A stretch of 64,000 bases of DNA. Origin: Balanoglossus misakiensis (taxonomy: Eukaryota; Animalia; Hemichordata). The translations under genes and the position numbers were made by a program. The stretch is taken from NCBI GenBank assembly GCA_040954595.2, contig CM082578.2, forward strand, positions 15,174,998 to 15,238,997, read 5' to 3'. Of this stretch, positions 1 through 14,200 are shown piece by piece. The notes under the pieces were generated by a model. The model saw only the letters and a list, made by a program, of their open reading frames with translations. It searched no databases and was not told where the DNA came from. Every line of letters begins with the position of its first letter. The first letter of the stretch is position 1.

Positions 1-552
1 AGAAAGTTGTCGGATGGTGATTGATATTATGATGATAACAGAGATCGCTTGACGGGATCGTAACACTATCTGATTTCTTCGAATAGAGTATTCTCAAGCC
101 ACTCTGGAAGCAAAATGCACATTACGCAAAAATGCAATATATTCATGTATATGAGATAAGCTGGACAGACAAAGAATAAGTTAATCTGACGTAATAGTTT
201 GTCGAAATTGCAACACTGCTTTTCGTCGACCGGGCGCAGCCATCTTTGGTGTTATTAACACAAGTGAGGACAGAACTGGAAGCTGAGTCAGTTTCAGATG
301 ACGAACGCTAGCATGGTTCCAGCTGATGGATTTGAAACCAAATCTTGTTCTAACGCTGATTGGACCTGGTGTTTCTGCTGCATACAACTGTACTGTATGT
401 CTGTACCCAGAAGCTTATAATAGTCCCTGTAACGATATTTTGTGATATACAGACTTCCCTGGCCCCTGTGACAACGTTGTGAATACTAGTACACTTTGAA
501 GAGGAAATGACATGAGAGGATAACTCGCAAATATGCACTCTCAAAAATAATC

Positions 553-3500
553 ATGGAGTTGGAAATAAGCGATGGCGAGACGTGCGATGCGGACTTTGAT
601 GAAGATGTAGTTTTTGAGGTAATGGAATTAGGTGTAAACTGTTTTGAGTTATTAATAGTCACACCTGTATTAAAGTGCTTGACAGTTAGATAGATTTTTG
701 TTTATTTTGTGCGATGTACGTTATCGTGCGTTGGGTTGCTGTCAAACTTGGTGGTGGTTGCCCAGGCAACAGAATATGACGCCATACCTACTGTGCTGCA
801 GTGTAGCACTGTTCATGTTTTAAACCAATAGTGATCCTGCACCTCTGAGTTTGCTTTGTATCATTCCTTCCAGAATTCACCGTTGTATCAGCACCTACAA
901 GATGTAGGCCATCTGGATTTTGAATCTTCCCCCATGGCATCAGCAAGGGCTCAAGATAATGAAACTACCAAGCTTTCCATGAAAACCTGGTATGATCTTG
1001 TTCAGGTGTGAACTGTACAATATATTTTCCTCTATAAACTTTGTGTGCAAATTAAATCATTATTTATTATTTTATTGAACCACTCACTGTAAAATTGACA
1101 GATATTACATTTGTGTTTCAGAGTTTCTGCTAATTGTAAACCAACAAGATTGCATCAGTTATCTAAAGTATGCCATGAATCGGCAGAGTGATTCATATGG
1201 ATCAGTAAGGGACAAGAATGTTTGAAATTTTTACCTTTGCTTTCTTATTATGTCCCTTGCTAGGGAGTATCTACAGCTGGTAGACCTCTTGTTTGATTTG
1301 CATCAATGGTCTGTTTTATCTCAGATAAAAGCTGTGTCACTGAAACACAAGTTAAGTGGTATCCATGGAAACAGTTCTGGAACAACCCTGGAGGAAGAAG
1401 TGGTTAGTTTCACTCTTGTTGTATTGTCATTTAGGACAATTGCTGTGTCATTTAGAGTAATCAGCATGTAGAAAAAAACTGTGTTGATTATCCAAATGCA
1501 CTTTTGATTGCTTAGTAGAATTGAAGATAAATTTAGGTTAAATCTCAAATAGTGGAGGTTTTATCACTAATAGTAAATCATCTCTATGCCCATTCAACTA
1601 GAATGATAGATGTGTATCCAATTATCTGTTTTTTATATAGAAAATCCTACATAGATATTTGTCAAAGTATCGTGTCATTTAAGAGATAAACATTTAAACA
1701 GTCATGATTTTGACAAGTGATAACAGCAATACTGTGATTGTGGTAGTTGATTGTTACTGACCTTTCTGTCTCTTTATATTCAGAATTTGCAATTCCTACC
1801 AAGATATACGGTTGGTCTGTGTGAAAGTACAGGTACACTGCTGTTGCCGAGCGACAGAGAATTCTTACAGACTTATGGACCAAGTCTTTTCCATCGAAAA
1901 GTGTCAAGTGTGAAGAAACACGTCAGCATAATCATGTATGATTCCAGTTAAATTGCTAAGTTTTCTTTCCTCTGCTTTTTTTCTGGGAATTGAATAGTTT
2001 TCTACAGTAAATTTTCAGATCAATGCTGAACAAAACCAAAATGCATCAGGATATTTAAGCCTAGTTGTAGTTTGTTTTATTTTTCCACAATTAGTGAATT
2101 AGCTTATGCTTACATTTTATCCAATCACAACACCTGTTAATTGAACAACTGGTGAACATCTGTTGTCTTCTGTCTTCATTTTTTTCTGATAGGTCAATCT
2201 CTGCAGCAGTTCTTCTGTTTAGCTGCATCATTGGCATCATGGCACCACCTCGGAATGCTGACACGATCACAGTCACCTTGGCTCTACTCATATTACTACT
2301 GCTGATCTTTCTGTCTCTTCAAGCAAAGAAAGCAATTGTCGTTTTCAGGCTGGAAAAAATGCACAGTGAAAATCTTTGTCGTCTGCATGGATTTTTAGAA
2401 ATGAGCCAGACGTTTGCTGGTATTCTTAAGAAATCCATTAGACTCATCCAGGAATCAGAACTCATTGCAAGAGGCTTCTTAATGTGAGTACTCTTAATTT
2501 TCTCCTCATTATGTGTCGTTCAGAGATTGAGAGAGGACCATGTTATCATATCATATCATATCCTATGATTATTGAAATGGTTACGCTGATCATGAATCAC
2601 ATCACAGTATTCATGAATATGCATGAGCACCAAAGTTGAGGCATTGTAGCAAAGCTGTTTTATGGTGCATTTTGACAGAAAAAGAAAGACAATCAGTTAA
2701 ACATACACAGTGATTAATTGCTACTGCAATCTCTCATGTTTTGGAAAATTATCAATCTCTGCATTGCCTAGGATAACTCCAAAGACACCGATAGCAAGAC
2801 TTGAACAAAGTCATCTGCAGGGCAGCCGAACCCAGAGACAATGTCCTTTGCTGCGTAAAATAGTCTTCCACACTGCCAGAGATCTCATACTCACTTTGAA
2901 GCAAGGCACATGTACTCTACTAGAGAAGTTTCCACTCAGTGTAGAAGTTGACAACATTGGAAACTATGTTTCATCCATTCCCATTGAAGATTTAGGTCCC
3001 TGTTTTACTCAAGTGCAAAAGGTACATTTTATTTGCGATCTTTTACTAAGTAGTATCATTCTGCATGTGTTTCAGAGATGCCAAAGAAAATTCATCATTT
3101 GACAGTTCTGTCATGCAGTCATGATTTACTGGTTTATGTTAGATGATGAGGTTTAACTGAGGATGCATCAGAATAGGCAACAGCTAGGCTGTCTTTGAAT
3201 TATTGTAACTCCATACATGTACATCATTGAGTGTTATAAACTGTTTTATGTTACCGTTGTGTTAACAGGATAGGTCTTCTAATGACATGTCTGATGTCAA
3301 TGATTATGATGAGGCAGTTATCATGGAAACAACAGACAACTATTCCCTGGCTGCCTTGAAGGTATGTCATTAATGAAATGTCAGCTTTACCATGCATGCA
3401 TTTGCCATCTTTTAATAGGATGGGATTTTGTATGTCAAGTATTTCGCCGGAGGGATACAGGAAATTGGAACGAGGACCAGATTACAAATAGATCAATTCT

Positions 3501-6388
3501 GTTGGAATAACGGTGGATCCCCTGATCATTTTCATTTATCATGGGTATTATTGAGAAGATTGAAATGTAGTATTGGAACAATCAAACCAACTTTTGGTTA
3601 TAGAATGTTATACATTCACATGGAAGACCGTTTGATAAAGTTGCTGCTATTTCAGCCATGAGTGGTTTCTCTCTTCCTCTTTTCCATTGTTCACCTGTCA
3701 GTTTCTCCATTCATTTTACCCACCAGGCCATGTCCAACCTGCTGAATGATCTGAGGTCAGAGTTCATCAGAAGACTAGCATTGTGTTTCTGTCAGGAGGC
3801 ATACAGTGATGTCATGCACTGGAACGGTATGTGGACTTTAAAATGTATTTGTACCCTTGTAGAACAGCACAGAAAAATGTTTTACAGAAAACAAAAGGCA
3901 CAATAAAAGGTTGTTTTCGTATCTTGAACACTGCTTTACTTAGTTTTAATATAACATTTGTCTTCCAGAGTCAGATCTGTACAGACGTTTACACGAATTG
4001 ATAGCTGACCCCAAGAGATTGACTGAGAGCAGCCTGGCCTCCCTGCAGAAAAGTTATAATTTCCATCGAGTGGGCATACTAGAAAGAGAGAACAAGAGAG
4101 ATTATAGTAGTGGTGTTAGAGAGAGCAGTCTAGCTGCAGACAATGTTCGAGAGGCCGTGCACAGTGTGGAAATGCATTTACTAGCAGCCTTGCTACGGTA
4201 AGACTGGCGTTACTTGATTTCAAGGGACAGTAGTGTTTGCTTCTTTCCTATTGGTATACTTTGAGATTCTCTGTAATAGAATTATCAGGGCATTGTTCCT
4301 TTGCTGAACCACCTAAGGCAAGGTTTATTCCTCCCTGGCCGAAATAATATGTCCTTGTTTTGTTACCACTAGAGCCAGAGAACTTCAAGAGAAACTGGAG
4401 TCATACAAAGATGTTGGTAGTGTCAAGGCAGAGGGTGAAACAATAACAACTGAGCTCACACACCTCTTGGGAAATATCGATGCTTGCAAAGGTTGTTGGG
4501 AAGAAGGGTCAAACAGACTGCAAAGGTTGCTGGGAGATTCATCAGATCATGGTTAGTATGGTCATCATAAATGATTTGCCTACTGGTAGTAAACATTTAG
4601 GTAATTTTAAATCAAGGTATGCTCATAGCTGTTCCTGGAATGTATACAAAAAAATCATTTGCTGAATATTCTCGAGAGGGAGACATGTAAAATGCTGTCT
4701 GAAGCAAAATACTAGCCGAGCAGTTGGTGTCTGAATGATGAGCAGATCATGTGATAATAGTTTAGGTGATGTAAAAAGCATAACATTGTTGTAATGAAAT
4801 TGTATGAGGAATTTTTATTTGATTCACATTTAATCCAATTCCAGTTCAGCCAACATCAAGCGGTGTCAGAGATGCAAGCAAGATAGACAATTCAGACGTG
4901 AAGTCAGACAAAGAACCAATACAGCTGTTTGGCTTACCAGAACCTGAAATAGAGTTTGATGATCAGGTAAGATGTACATATACAAACACTTCTAAACCAA
5001 ATGGCAAACTTTTCTCATGATGTATCTTGCACACATGATGGTCTATAATATACTTGATGAAAGTTTTGGTTATTAGGAAGTCTCAGAGATTGGGATGCTT
5101 TTTCTTTTCCTCACTCTTTTGGCAGCAAAATGATGTTTTTTGTCAGTAGAGTAACATCTAGCTTGTTATCATTTGTGTAGGTTTTTGAAGCTTACACTGA
5201 TCCTAATGAAGTTGATGAAGCTGACTGGGATTATGAACCATTATCTCCAGATGAAAAGGTGTGTACAAGGGGGAGTGGTTATAACTTGCATACATCCAAA
5301 CAGATGCGTTTTATTGAATTCATGTAACTTTGTTTATTTATAACTGGAATATATGAAGTCCTATGTCATAGTGTTTTTAGTTCAGTCTAAGCACTGTGGT
5401 CTAATCATACAAAATGTCACCGTTGCACATCCTATAGTGATCACTAAAAACAAAAGCGAGTCAAATTTGGCTCTAGAGGGCGCATGTGAAAGGCTGGATT
5501 GGATGTGTGGTTTTCTAGTTGTGGTCCAATGTAACATCATAACATTACCTTCACTAAACACCAAAGTAATCATCTTACTTAAATGTCATTGTATCTCAGG
5601 AACAAAGGAAAAGACAGAGGGAAGAATCTGTTCGCATGTTGAAAGAACTGAGGAATGTTCTTGCCATTAGAACAACAGAAAGGGAGAAGTTGAAACTAAA
5701 AAAGAGGGTCGAGAAAGGAAAAGAAGTCCAGGAGGAAAGTGGAGATGGTAAGATAAACAGTGAAGGTAAAAGTTTGGATCAGTGTGCCAATGATGAGCAG
5801 TGTGATGATGAAAGCAGATCCGAGATAAATTGTGGCAGTAAAACTGACGATAAAATGATGAATGGGAAAAATGTTGCGTCAGCGTCTCATATCGATGAAA
5901 TGCCAGGGCTGCATATAAGTGAGGATGCTGCATTGGTGGGAAGAGAAAAAGAGAGAGCAGTGGACTGTGAGTTGGGAGTTGGAGGAGAGGCGGTTGGAAA
6001 TGCTGCATTAGATGAATTACCAGGTATCACAGACATGCAGCCACAAGGACTAGCAGACACACAACCACACAGTGTTACACACATACAGCCACAAGGCATG
6101 ACAGAAGTACAGCCAGATGACACCACTGACATGCACTCAGCATGCAGTTCCCACATGCAGTCCGACTTGGACACCACCGAGAGCAGTGACAGCAATGAGC
6201 CGGCATCCTTGCCCACGGTCATCGATCGAGAAAGACTGATTGCTAAGCTGTCACGGAATCCACACGGTTTCCAATTTGCCAGTGGCATTGCCGCCCAAGC
6301 AGTGGCCAAGTCTCACAATCTCAATCTCTGCGTTCAGACTTTTGGTGACAGCGATGAAGATAATGAAGAGGAATTACTGGAAGGATGA
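553..6388 (+). CDS. VEZT: Vezatin (adherens-junction / myosin VII-associated transmembrane protein), multi-exon
   Basis: Exons 553-618 and 874-1005 give ...[26 protein letters not shown], matching the vertebrate vezatin N-terminus as I recall it ([26 protein letters not shown]). Further GT-AG exons lie at about 1325-1402, 1784-1935, 2193-2483 (two hydrophobic segments; IRLIQESELIARGF), 2772-3021, 3269-3361 (TDNYSLAALK), 3727-3826 (SEFIRRLAL), 3969-4197, 4373-4551, 4844-4966, 5181-5258 (VFEAYT) and 5600-6388. The last exon ends in the typical AAQAVA...QTFGD-acidic tail. Confidence 0.92.
757..770. promoter_or_regulatory. RFX X-box in VEZT intron 1 / CpG-rich promoter region
   Basis: GTTGCCCAGGCAAC is a near-palindromic match to the RFX X-box consensus GTTRCY-N(0-3)-RGYAAC. 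Confidence 0.5.
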
Positions 6389-6875
6389 AGATACAATTGA
6401 GGAATTGTTGTCAATTGAATTTTTCCCTGAAACTTTCTCAGTGAAAAGGAATTCACAAAACCTGCTAGAGCTATAGTGTGAGCCATAGCAAAGTGAGAAC
6501 AGTTGTTCATGCATGGAATTTTGGATAATTTTGATTCATTATAATCATTGTAAACAAAAACCCAGGATGATAATAGAAGACAGAAGAACTCATGAGTGAG
6601 TGATTATTGAAGACTTCAAGGACAATACACTGTACACTCAGCAATGTGACATTAGTAGGCCTGTGTCTTCAGACCATTTTATTAATCAAGCTTCAGTGTT
6701 GAAAATATTTTACAGCAATTTCTTTATATGCATAGCGTTGTACCAAAAATATCCCAATACATGTATTTACAAAAAAGAAGTATATGTTCATGATGACTGA
6801 TGGAAGATATTGAAAGATGGTTTCTTGAAGTACTGATTTGCTAGTCACAAAATTAAGTGTTCTCATCATATTAGT

Positions 6876-6962
6876 AACCCTTTCACCCCTGTTTCCGTGT
6901 GTATGGTGCCAACCACACCATTTAAAACAGTGGAATTGAACCAAAGATGTGATGGGAAGAGG
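6876..6962 (+). repeat. Short (~90 bp) dispersed repeat, copy 1
   Basis: aaccctttcacccctg...gtgccaaccacaccatttaaaacagtg...aaccaaaga aligns by eye with 7579-7670. Confidence 0.55.
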
Positions 6963-7578
6963 TACTCTTTAATTTTTAACCCCTATTCATGAGTTGACAA
7001 TGGAAAGTGAAAAATAGTTTAAATAAATGTCTATTTCTGTTCTCATGAAGTAGCCAACCAATGTTAAATCTATTAATTAAGCAGGGACTATGTCACTGAC
7101 AATAACTTGCATTAATTAAAATGGTACTTCAACAAGTGAAAAACATGCACATGTGGAACACAGTTCTTCTGAAAGTTATCAAAATCTTTGGTAAAGTAGA
7201 AAAAATTGACCTGCATGGTTTTAGCTATATTTCTTGAACTATGTTCGTTGTTGTTGTCGTTTGGAAGTGAAGGAATATCATGTGTGATAAGGTTAAAGTC
7301 ACGCAAGTTGTCAAACACATAAGAGCACATCTATGGATAACTCTGTCAAGTTTGGCACACAACAGATTGGGATTGGCAAGGTTAGGGAGTTTTGATCAAT
7401 TTTGAAATTAATTAACACCAGATAGAAAGATTGAAACAATTTGTAATATGAATCAAATGTAAATATGTCTTTATGTATGGTCACTTCTATCAAAAATATT
7501 TTAATTTTGAAAATAGTGGAATCTACAACTTTGTTGGCCCTCGGCACAGCTTTGACACCTTAGATTTGACACCATTAA

Positions 7579-7670
7579 AACCCCTTCACCCCTGACTTCT
7601 CTGTAAATAGTGCCACCCATATCATTAAAACCAGTGTGGTTTAAACCTAAGAAGTCTGGTGAGAGGGAGG
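7579..7670 (+). repeat. Short (~90 bp) dispersed repeat, copy 2
   Basis: aaccccttcacccctg...gtgccacccatatcattaaaaccagtg...aacctaaga is a diverged copy of 6876-6962. Confidence 0.55.
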
Positions 7671-8205
7671 TGCATAGTTACAAACTGCATAGATGATACT
7701 CTGTTTTTGCATATGGAAGCATCATGTTTTGGTGAAATTGCATTTTGTAGAATTCTTTGATGTGAAAGAATCATTTTTTGAACTGTAGATAGCCTCTCCA
7801 AGTGTGAGAGAACGAGGTCCAATACATGTGGCCCAGTGTCCCAGTGACTCAAGTGATCTAAATAGCTTCAGCTTTGGTAACTTTTCCACAATGATGTCAT
7901 TAAGCAAAACCCTGATTTCAGCACTAATTACTATCCATATGGCCTGATTAGTTGCCATCTCAATTACATCGTAAAACTACACTAGAACAGCAATACAAGT
8001 TATGGCAGTGGTACTTCTCTATACACAGAAATTAACAGGGACAGAGTTATTTAATTGATATTAATAACAGAAATATGCAAATTTATTACAAAATACAGAA
8101 TATGGTACAAAAACTGAAGAAAAAAATAATTACAGGTCGTTCTCTGTACACTCTTAAAATTAGTTTTTTTTGTACAAATCCATAAGTTTCATATTTTTGG
8201 TAAAT

Positions 8206-11200
8206 TTATTTGACGCTTTCAATCTTCCGAAAGTCCACCGTTTGTCTTGGCCTTGCTTGAACTGGAGGAGCGGAGTGTCTCAGACTGTCTTTGTAGAAAT
8301 AAGAACCGTGTGACAGACTCACTGTCACAAAATCAGCTGCCGAGTCAGATCGACTGAAATAGATCAAACATCAATGAGATAATGTTAGTGCGTTCATTCA
8401 AGCATTCATTCATTCATTACTGTGATTTCTCGAGAATGACAATTTGTTTAATCATTTTTCCATCATGATGAAAATTCCCCTTGGAATTTGCAGGAACATG
8501 TTTGATCGATTGATTGACAGAGTCACGAGGAGTCAGCCTCAGCTCCATTTTTTTTTAAATACCATTCAGCCAACTTCACATATTTCCTAAACTTCTGGAA
8601 CCCGTTCCAGACAAGAATGGACATCCAAACTGCAGCAGTATGCAGTCATGATGTACCAATTGCTGCACTATCATTAGTGTGCATGTGCGATGAATGAAAA
8701 TCTACTCACGGATACTGTACATGTCTGAAGGAGGGAAGTGCATCTCTGGATGCCAGTGACGAGCTTGATGATGAGGAACTTCTTGACAGATTGCTGTCAC
8801 TTTCCCTTTCCTTGGGAAGTCCAGATTTAGCTTTATGGTTGACCCCTGTCCCTCCAATCTGACCACCCCATGCTGACCGGGGACCAGAACGACCTCGTGA
8901 TGGTCTGAATTGAAATGTAGACAATATCGTATGGTCAGTGTGGCACATCTTATTTTCAAGTATGAAGATGGCTTAGAGCATGTCAATTTCATTGTCTGAT
9001 ATCACTATGGTTGCATGCTTCCCATCAACTACCTGAAATAACTGTTAGTGTTATTTCAATTTATTAACAATACCACATATACTTACGTAAATCTGAAATC
9101 TGATGGTAGAAATCTTGACGACAGGAAGTCCTGGTCTGTTTTGAGTATTTGTGCCTGGAAGTCCTTCTTAGCTGTACCATAACCATTGAAAATATGGTCT
9201 GCAAACATCAGTCTACCACTCATGTACATCTGCAAATGATCATTCCAAAATAAGACCAAACAGTTTAATGACGGTTTAATATTTTGATTTTTTTAAAAGA
9301 TTTTTTGCAGCACTATGCTACATCTGAATACATGTAACTGATGTTTTTCCCGCCATGTTGATAAGTGTTGGCAATGACTTGTTTACATGATCCATTTTCA
9401 CCGCTGTGTATTTTGTTAGTCTTCGTCAAGCTCTGCTATTTCCACCATACCTTCATGTATGTCTTATATTAATCTAGAGATGAACTCACCAAAAACATTC
9501 CTGGCACAGCATTGTGTCTTCTGAGTAACAGTGGTTTGTACTCATGTGTAAACTCATGAGCAATTGTCATGTCGTAGCACAAAATTCTAAATCTGTCATG
9601 TCGGCTCTGTCAATAGACGGAAAAAAATCATTTTTAATTAGGGTCAATAATGAGTGTAGCAATGCATGTAGCTACAATTGTAGCTGGGTACACTAACCAT
9701 ACACAAAAAACCTGGTACTAACACTTATTTGTGATTCAACATGGCCCTAATTCATGTGCAAACTGTAGCTAGAATGAATTAAGATCACAAACCTCATAAC
9801 ATGGCCTTGTCCTGTTTTTATTCCTCTTTTCATAGATTTTGGTCAGCATTGCATCGCACTCCTCATTGATTTCAGGATGTAGCGATGACACGACCGAGAT
9901 GACTATTATCTGTGTCTTGGGAACACATTCAGATAAAAACTTGTCGTACTCTATATCATTAACGAAAGGTATCTTGTGACGGTTGCATTTACACACTTGG
10001 TTCGGCTCCCCCAACAGATCAGCACGCAGAGATCTGTCATGTTATTGTCAAGGAATTGATGTCTGTACATGTATTGCTAGAAAAAATGATGCAGTAATAG
10101 ACAACTATGTGTTCGATTAGACAGACAATGGCTACACACACAGAGTGGATTACAGATGATTTATAAAGGATACACTGGACATCCTCTCTGATACGGAGTT
10201 AATGTTGGTCTCTCTGTTGCTGTGCTGGTTGCTCTTGGAGTTTTCATCGAGCTGTGAGAGCGACTCAATGCAGAAGTTGGAACAGGCGAACCATGTGTGG
10301 GAGAGCTGCAACATTGAAATTTTATGACAAATTCCCCATGATTATCTCCAGTATAATTAATACACCAAACCAAAAATCAGTAACATGAAATGACACACTG
10401 AACAAAAAATTATCACAGATATAAAATATGATTTCGGGGGGTACATATGTTTTTACATTTGCTTTTTAATGCCATAGTACTTACCATTCCAATATTTAAA
10501 CTACAAAACATACAAAGAGGTTTGCAGGTTTCGCGTTATTAACTCTCCCCCATCCTCGGTGGAATGTAATTTACTCCAGTATGCTTTCATCAATCATTAA
10601 TTTTGAGCAATTTCCCCATGACAACCAACTCTCCTGCAAACCTCTCTGGAAGTTCTGAAGTCCCTAAAAGGTTTTAGAGTATAATATTTCTTGTGTTTGG
10701 ACTGATGTGGTTTAATGTGCCACGTGTCCAATAGTGCTATGGTAGTGATACAGTTGTGGATCGTAGTGTTAGATGTGCTCAGTTACTGCTGAATTTTAAC
10801 CCTTTGAATCCTGCTATTACTGATCAATTTTATATGATAGTGATTTGTTGTGCAGTGATGATAAAATTCTGATACGGCATTGATTAGAACACAGTGCGGA
10901 CACGTTATTGACAGTTACAACTTTAATACAAGTGCAGGTCATGATTTATTTTTCTGTGTGATGATATTATTGTGAAAATACATACAGTGTTACCTAAATT
11001 ATCTGAACGTCGCGTTTGAACTACATGAATTGTATGGCTCGTCATGATCAAATGCACCAAGTGTTTGATTTTATATGACAGTAGGTTTGTTGCCCAACTT
11101 GGGTACCAATCTTAACTTGTAACTATCGTACTGTAGCTAAAGCATTGCAGTTCAGATAATATAGGTACAATTACTTTATGGTCTCATCTCAGTCTTCAAT

Positions 11201-14200
11201 AAAACTCAGCAATAGAATCAGCTTCATATAGGACATAAAAAGTTTGTTGAAAGCTAGATTTGTTACTTTTGAAAAATGACATGTGAAACTGTGCACAGTG
11301 CAGTTTGTTACTACAGCTGTAATTTTCCATTGTCAAGTTTCATGAAAAACTGAGATGATCCATAGCCTTTAGTGGAATACTGATACTAAATATAGGTTAC
11401 ACCAAAACCACAGTGCTTGTGTTAATAGGAAAAAATGATGTACATGTAAACAAGGTCACATGGTATGCAAATTTACTTACACAATAAACATTACACATGT
11501 CAGATGGAATCCGGGATATCATGCAATATTTTACCAGAGGGAGGAGGGTTTTGGGGTAAAGAGGGAGAAAAAAATGGGAGACACAATTGCTATGAGAATT
11601 ACAGAAAAAAATCACCTTACCAGGTTGCTTAGAGTAATATATCCCCATAGATTATGTAATACGTATAAATGGCATTAGGCTTAATATAGAAAAAGGGAAA
11701 TTTGAGAATAAGATGGATGCACAGATGAGTGATTTCTGAGACATGATTGTTTGAAGTTGTAAAAGTGAGAAAACTGTAGTTGAATGAATTTTAGTAAAGT
11801 GGTTATATTTGTAATGACAATCAATATGAAGTGTAGTGTGTCGATGTCAGAACAATCTTTCAGAACAGCAAACTGAAACGAGATGTTTTAATATCATAGC
11901 AATTCCTAACATCTTTCCAGAGTACGGTAATCTCTTCTACAAAACCTGCCCATGGTCAGAGAATGCTTTTGTGTTTACAGCATTCTAGTTATTGGTGTTT
12001 GAATTTAGAAGAAGAAAGAATAATTTAGGTTTTATGATGGTGACTCACCTGCTAGTCACTGACATCGTCACTGGCGTCGGAGATTTTGGCAAGTCTGTTG
12101 GAACGCCGTCGATTTCTATTCTGACGTTCTTCTTCTCGGACGCCTGACTAGGGGGTCTGGAAGACGTTGACATTGTGCTGAAGGGCCTTTTGTTGTGGAA
12201 CCCTGCCGTCGGATGGGCTGAGGCCGCCCTGATGGCCAATTTGGGTTCCGGAAGAGGAGAAGAGAACTGCCGGTGGTCGGAGGTGGAGGGTAGAGTGCCA
12301 GGAACGGATTTGGCCGACTGGATGTTGCGATGCTTCCTGTATTTTGGAGCGCTTGTAAGCGTTCGCAGATGTGGCGAGCTGATGCCCACTGCTATCCTGT
12401 AGTGTTCCATCCAGTCCTCAGCAATATTCCTTTTGCAAGAATTGGAAAAGAGCCATCAAAATCAGTTGGCAAAAGGCTAGCCAATTGAGTTACATAATTA
12501 TATAATTTTGTGTAATTCCAATGTTTTCAAATGATGTGGCTGCCCCCATTCTGCAAAATGGGGGTGCAAGTGTTACAGACGTCTGATTTGCAAAAATGAA
12601 TCAACTCACTTGATTTTCCTGTGTAGCCTTGCCAAATCCTTCTCAGCAGGAATGTCATATTCGTGTTTCTCCGGCATCTCCAAGAGTTTCTGAAGTTCAG
12701 CCAGATTGGTGTCCTTGGATTTGTTTTTATTTGTTCGAAACCTGAGAGATTTTCGGTCCTTTTCCGGTTTCTTCTTTGGCACGGGAGGTTTGGAAAATTC
12801 TTTTGCGGCCTTTGACGTGAATGCCTCCCCAGTTACCAGGCAACCCTGTGTGAAGAAATGACCGTGACTTTGAAGTTCTCTCTTTACCGGAGAAAGGGGA
12901 TTTGCTCTTGCTTTTAAGCATATGCACACTGTGGAAATAATCAATGAACTTGTACCCGTAATACACTTGTCAGTATTTCATCCCTTGCCTACACATGTAG
13001 GAACATCCAAACGTCTCAAAGCAGGTAATCAAACATTGACCATTTTACTGCAACTCAGGACTCACCCATTCTTCTGGAGTTTTAGGCTCCGTAGCACCGT
13101 ACGTAGAACCAATGCTAAGCTTTGTGGTTTCTTTATTGCTGGCAAACAACACCTGCATCTGTTGGTGGTTGATGCATCTGAATGTAATCTGTTCGTTCAA
13201 CTGCAGAACGATGGTCACCGGCAGTTTCTGGTGAGGAACTGGCCATTCCCAACGCTTGCTGATGTTACCATCGGCTTCCAACATCATGCCACCTTTTTCA
13301 GTTGATAAAAATCTGACAAAAACAAAAACAGATACATTGCATAATGGTCTGAATGTTTCTTGCCTTATGTCAGGTATTACTTTACACTATTCATTAAAAG
13401 TAAAAAAAATCAGATTTTGAAATAAATGTTTGGCTAGGAAACAGTTGATTGATGATGACTAGAGGCAACTGATCAATGAATTACCTTGCTTTGCCATTGT
13501 CATGGTAGAGTGTAGCATTTCCTGTTGGAGTGAATAACCCAAGCATTGCCATTTCAGGATTGTCTTTGTAGATCAGAGTATAGTACCCTGGTTTACCTTC
13601 AGCAGATCGGCTGTAACACATGGCCAGACGACCAGACGGATAGCTGAGGTCAAAATTAAGGACCAGTGCTCAGAAAGATGCGAATGGTTACACTGGAAGC
13701 ACTATAGTAGTTTTATCATTGCATGTACGGCACTCCTGAAATAACTAGGCTACAATGGATAGTGGAAATATAATTGACAACATTTTCGTGACTTTGAATG
13801 TCGTGGGTGTTTAAAAATCATCAGACTTCTTTAATATTATCCACAGTGTATTTCTATCTACTTTTTAGAACAATCTACAGATACTTCGTGTCGTGATTTG
13901 TAAAGGATACTAGACAGTAGTTGTGCCATCGGGCAGCGCTGTGACAAATTTCTGCCAGGATTCACTTTCTGGACTCTGTTGTACTTTGGGCGGCATGAGA
14001 CGAGTTGCTGCTGTGCCTGATTTACTGCTGCTACTTTTCTTAATGGTGTACTTCGACATGGCTTCTCTCTTGGCATCGCCATAGTAACGGGTTACCAGTG
14101 GCTTGTCAGAACCAAGATCCTTCGCCTTGGCAAGTTGATCTTGTCTGTCATTAAAGTGAAAATAGCATAAAAATCAAGTCATGATGCAGAGGGACGAGAG

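Noticed and set aside
8705-8716. GTATCC on the minus strand as a third U12 donor
   Set aside because: It continues GTATCCGT rather than GTATCCTT. The reading frame supports the ordinary donor CC|gtgagt.
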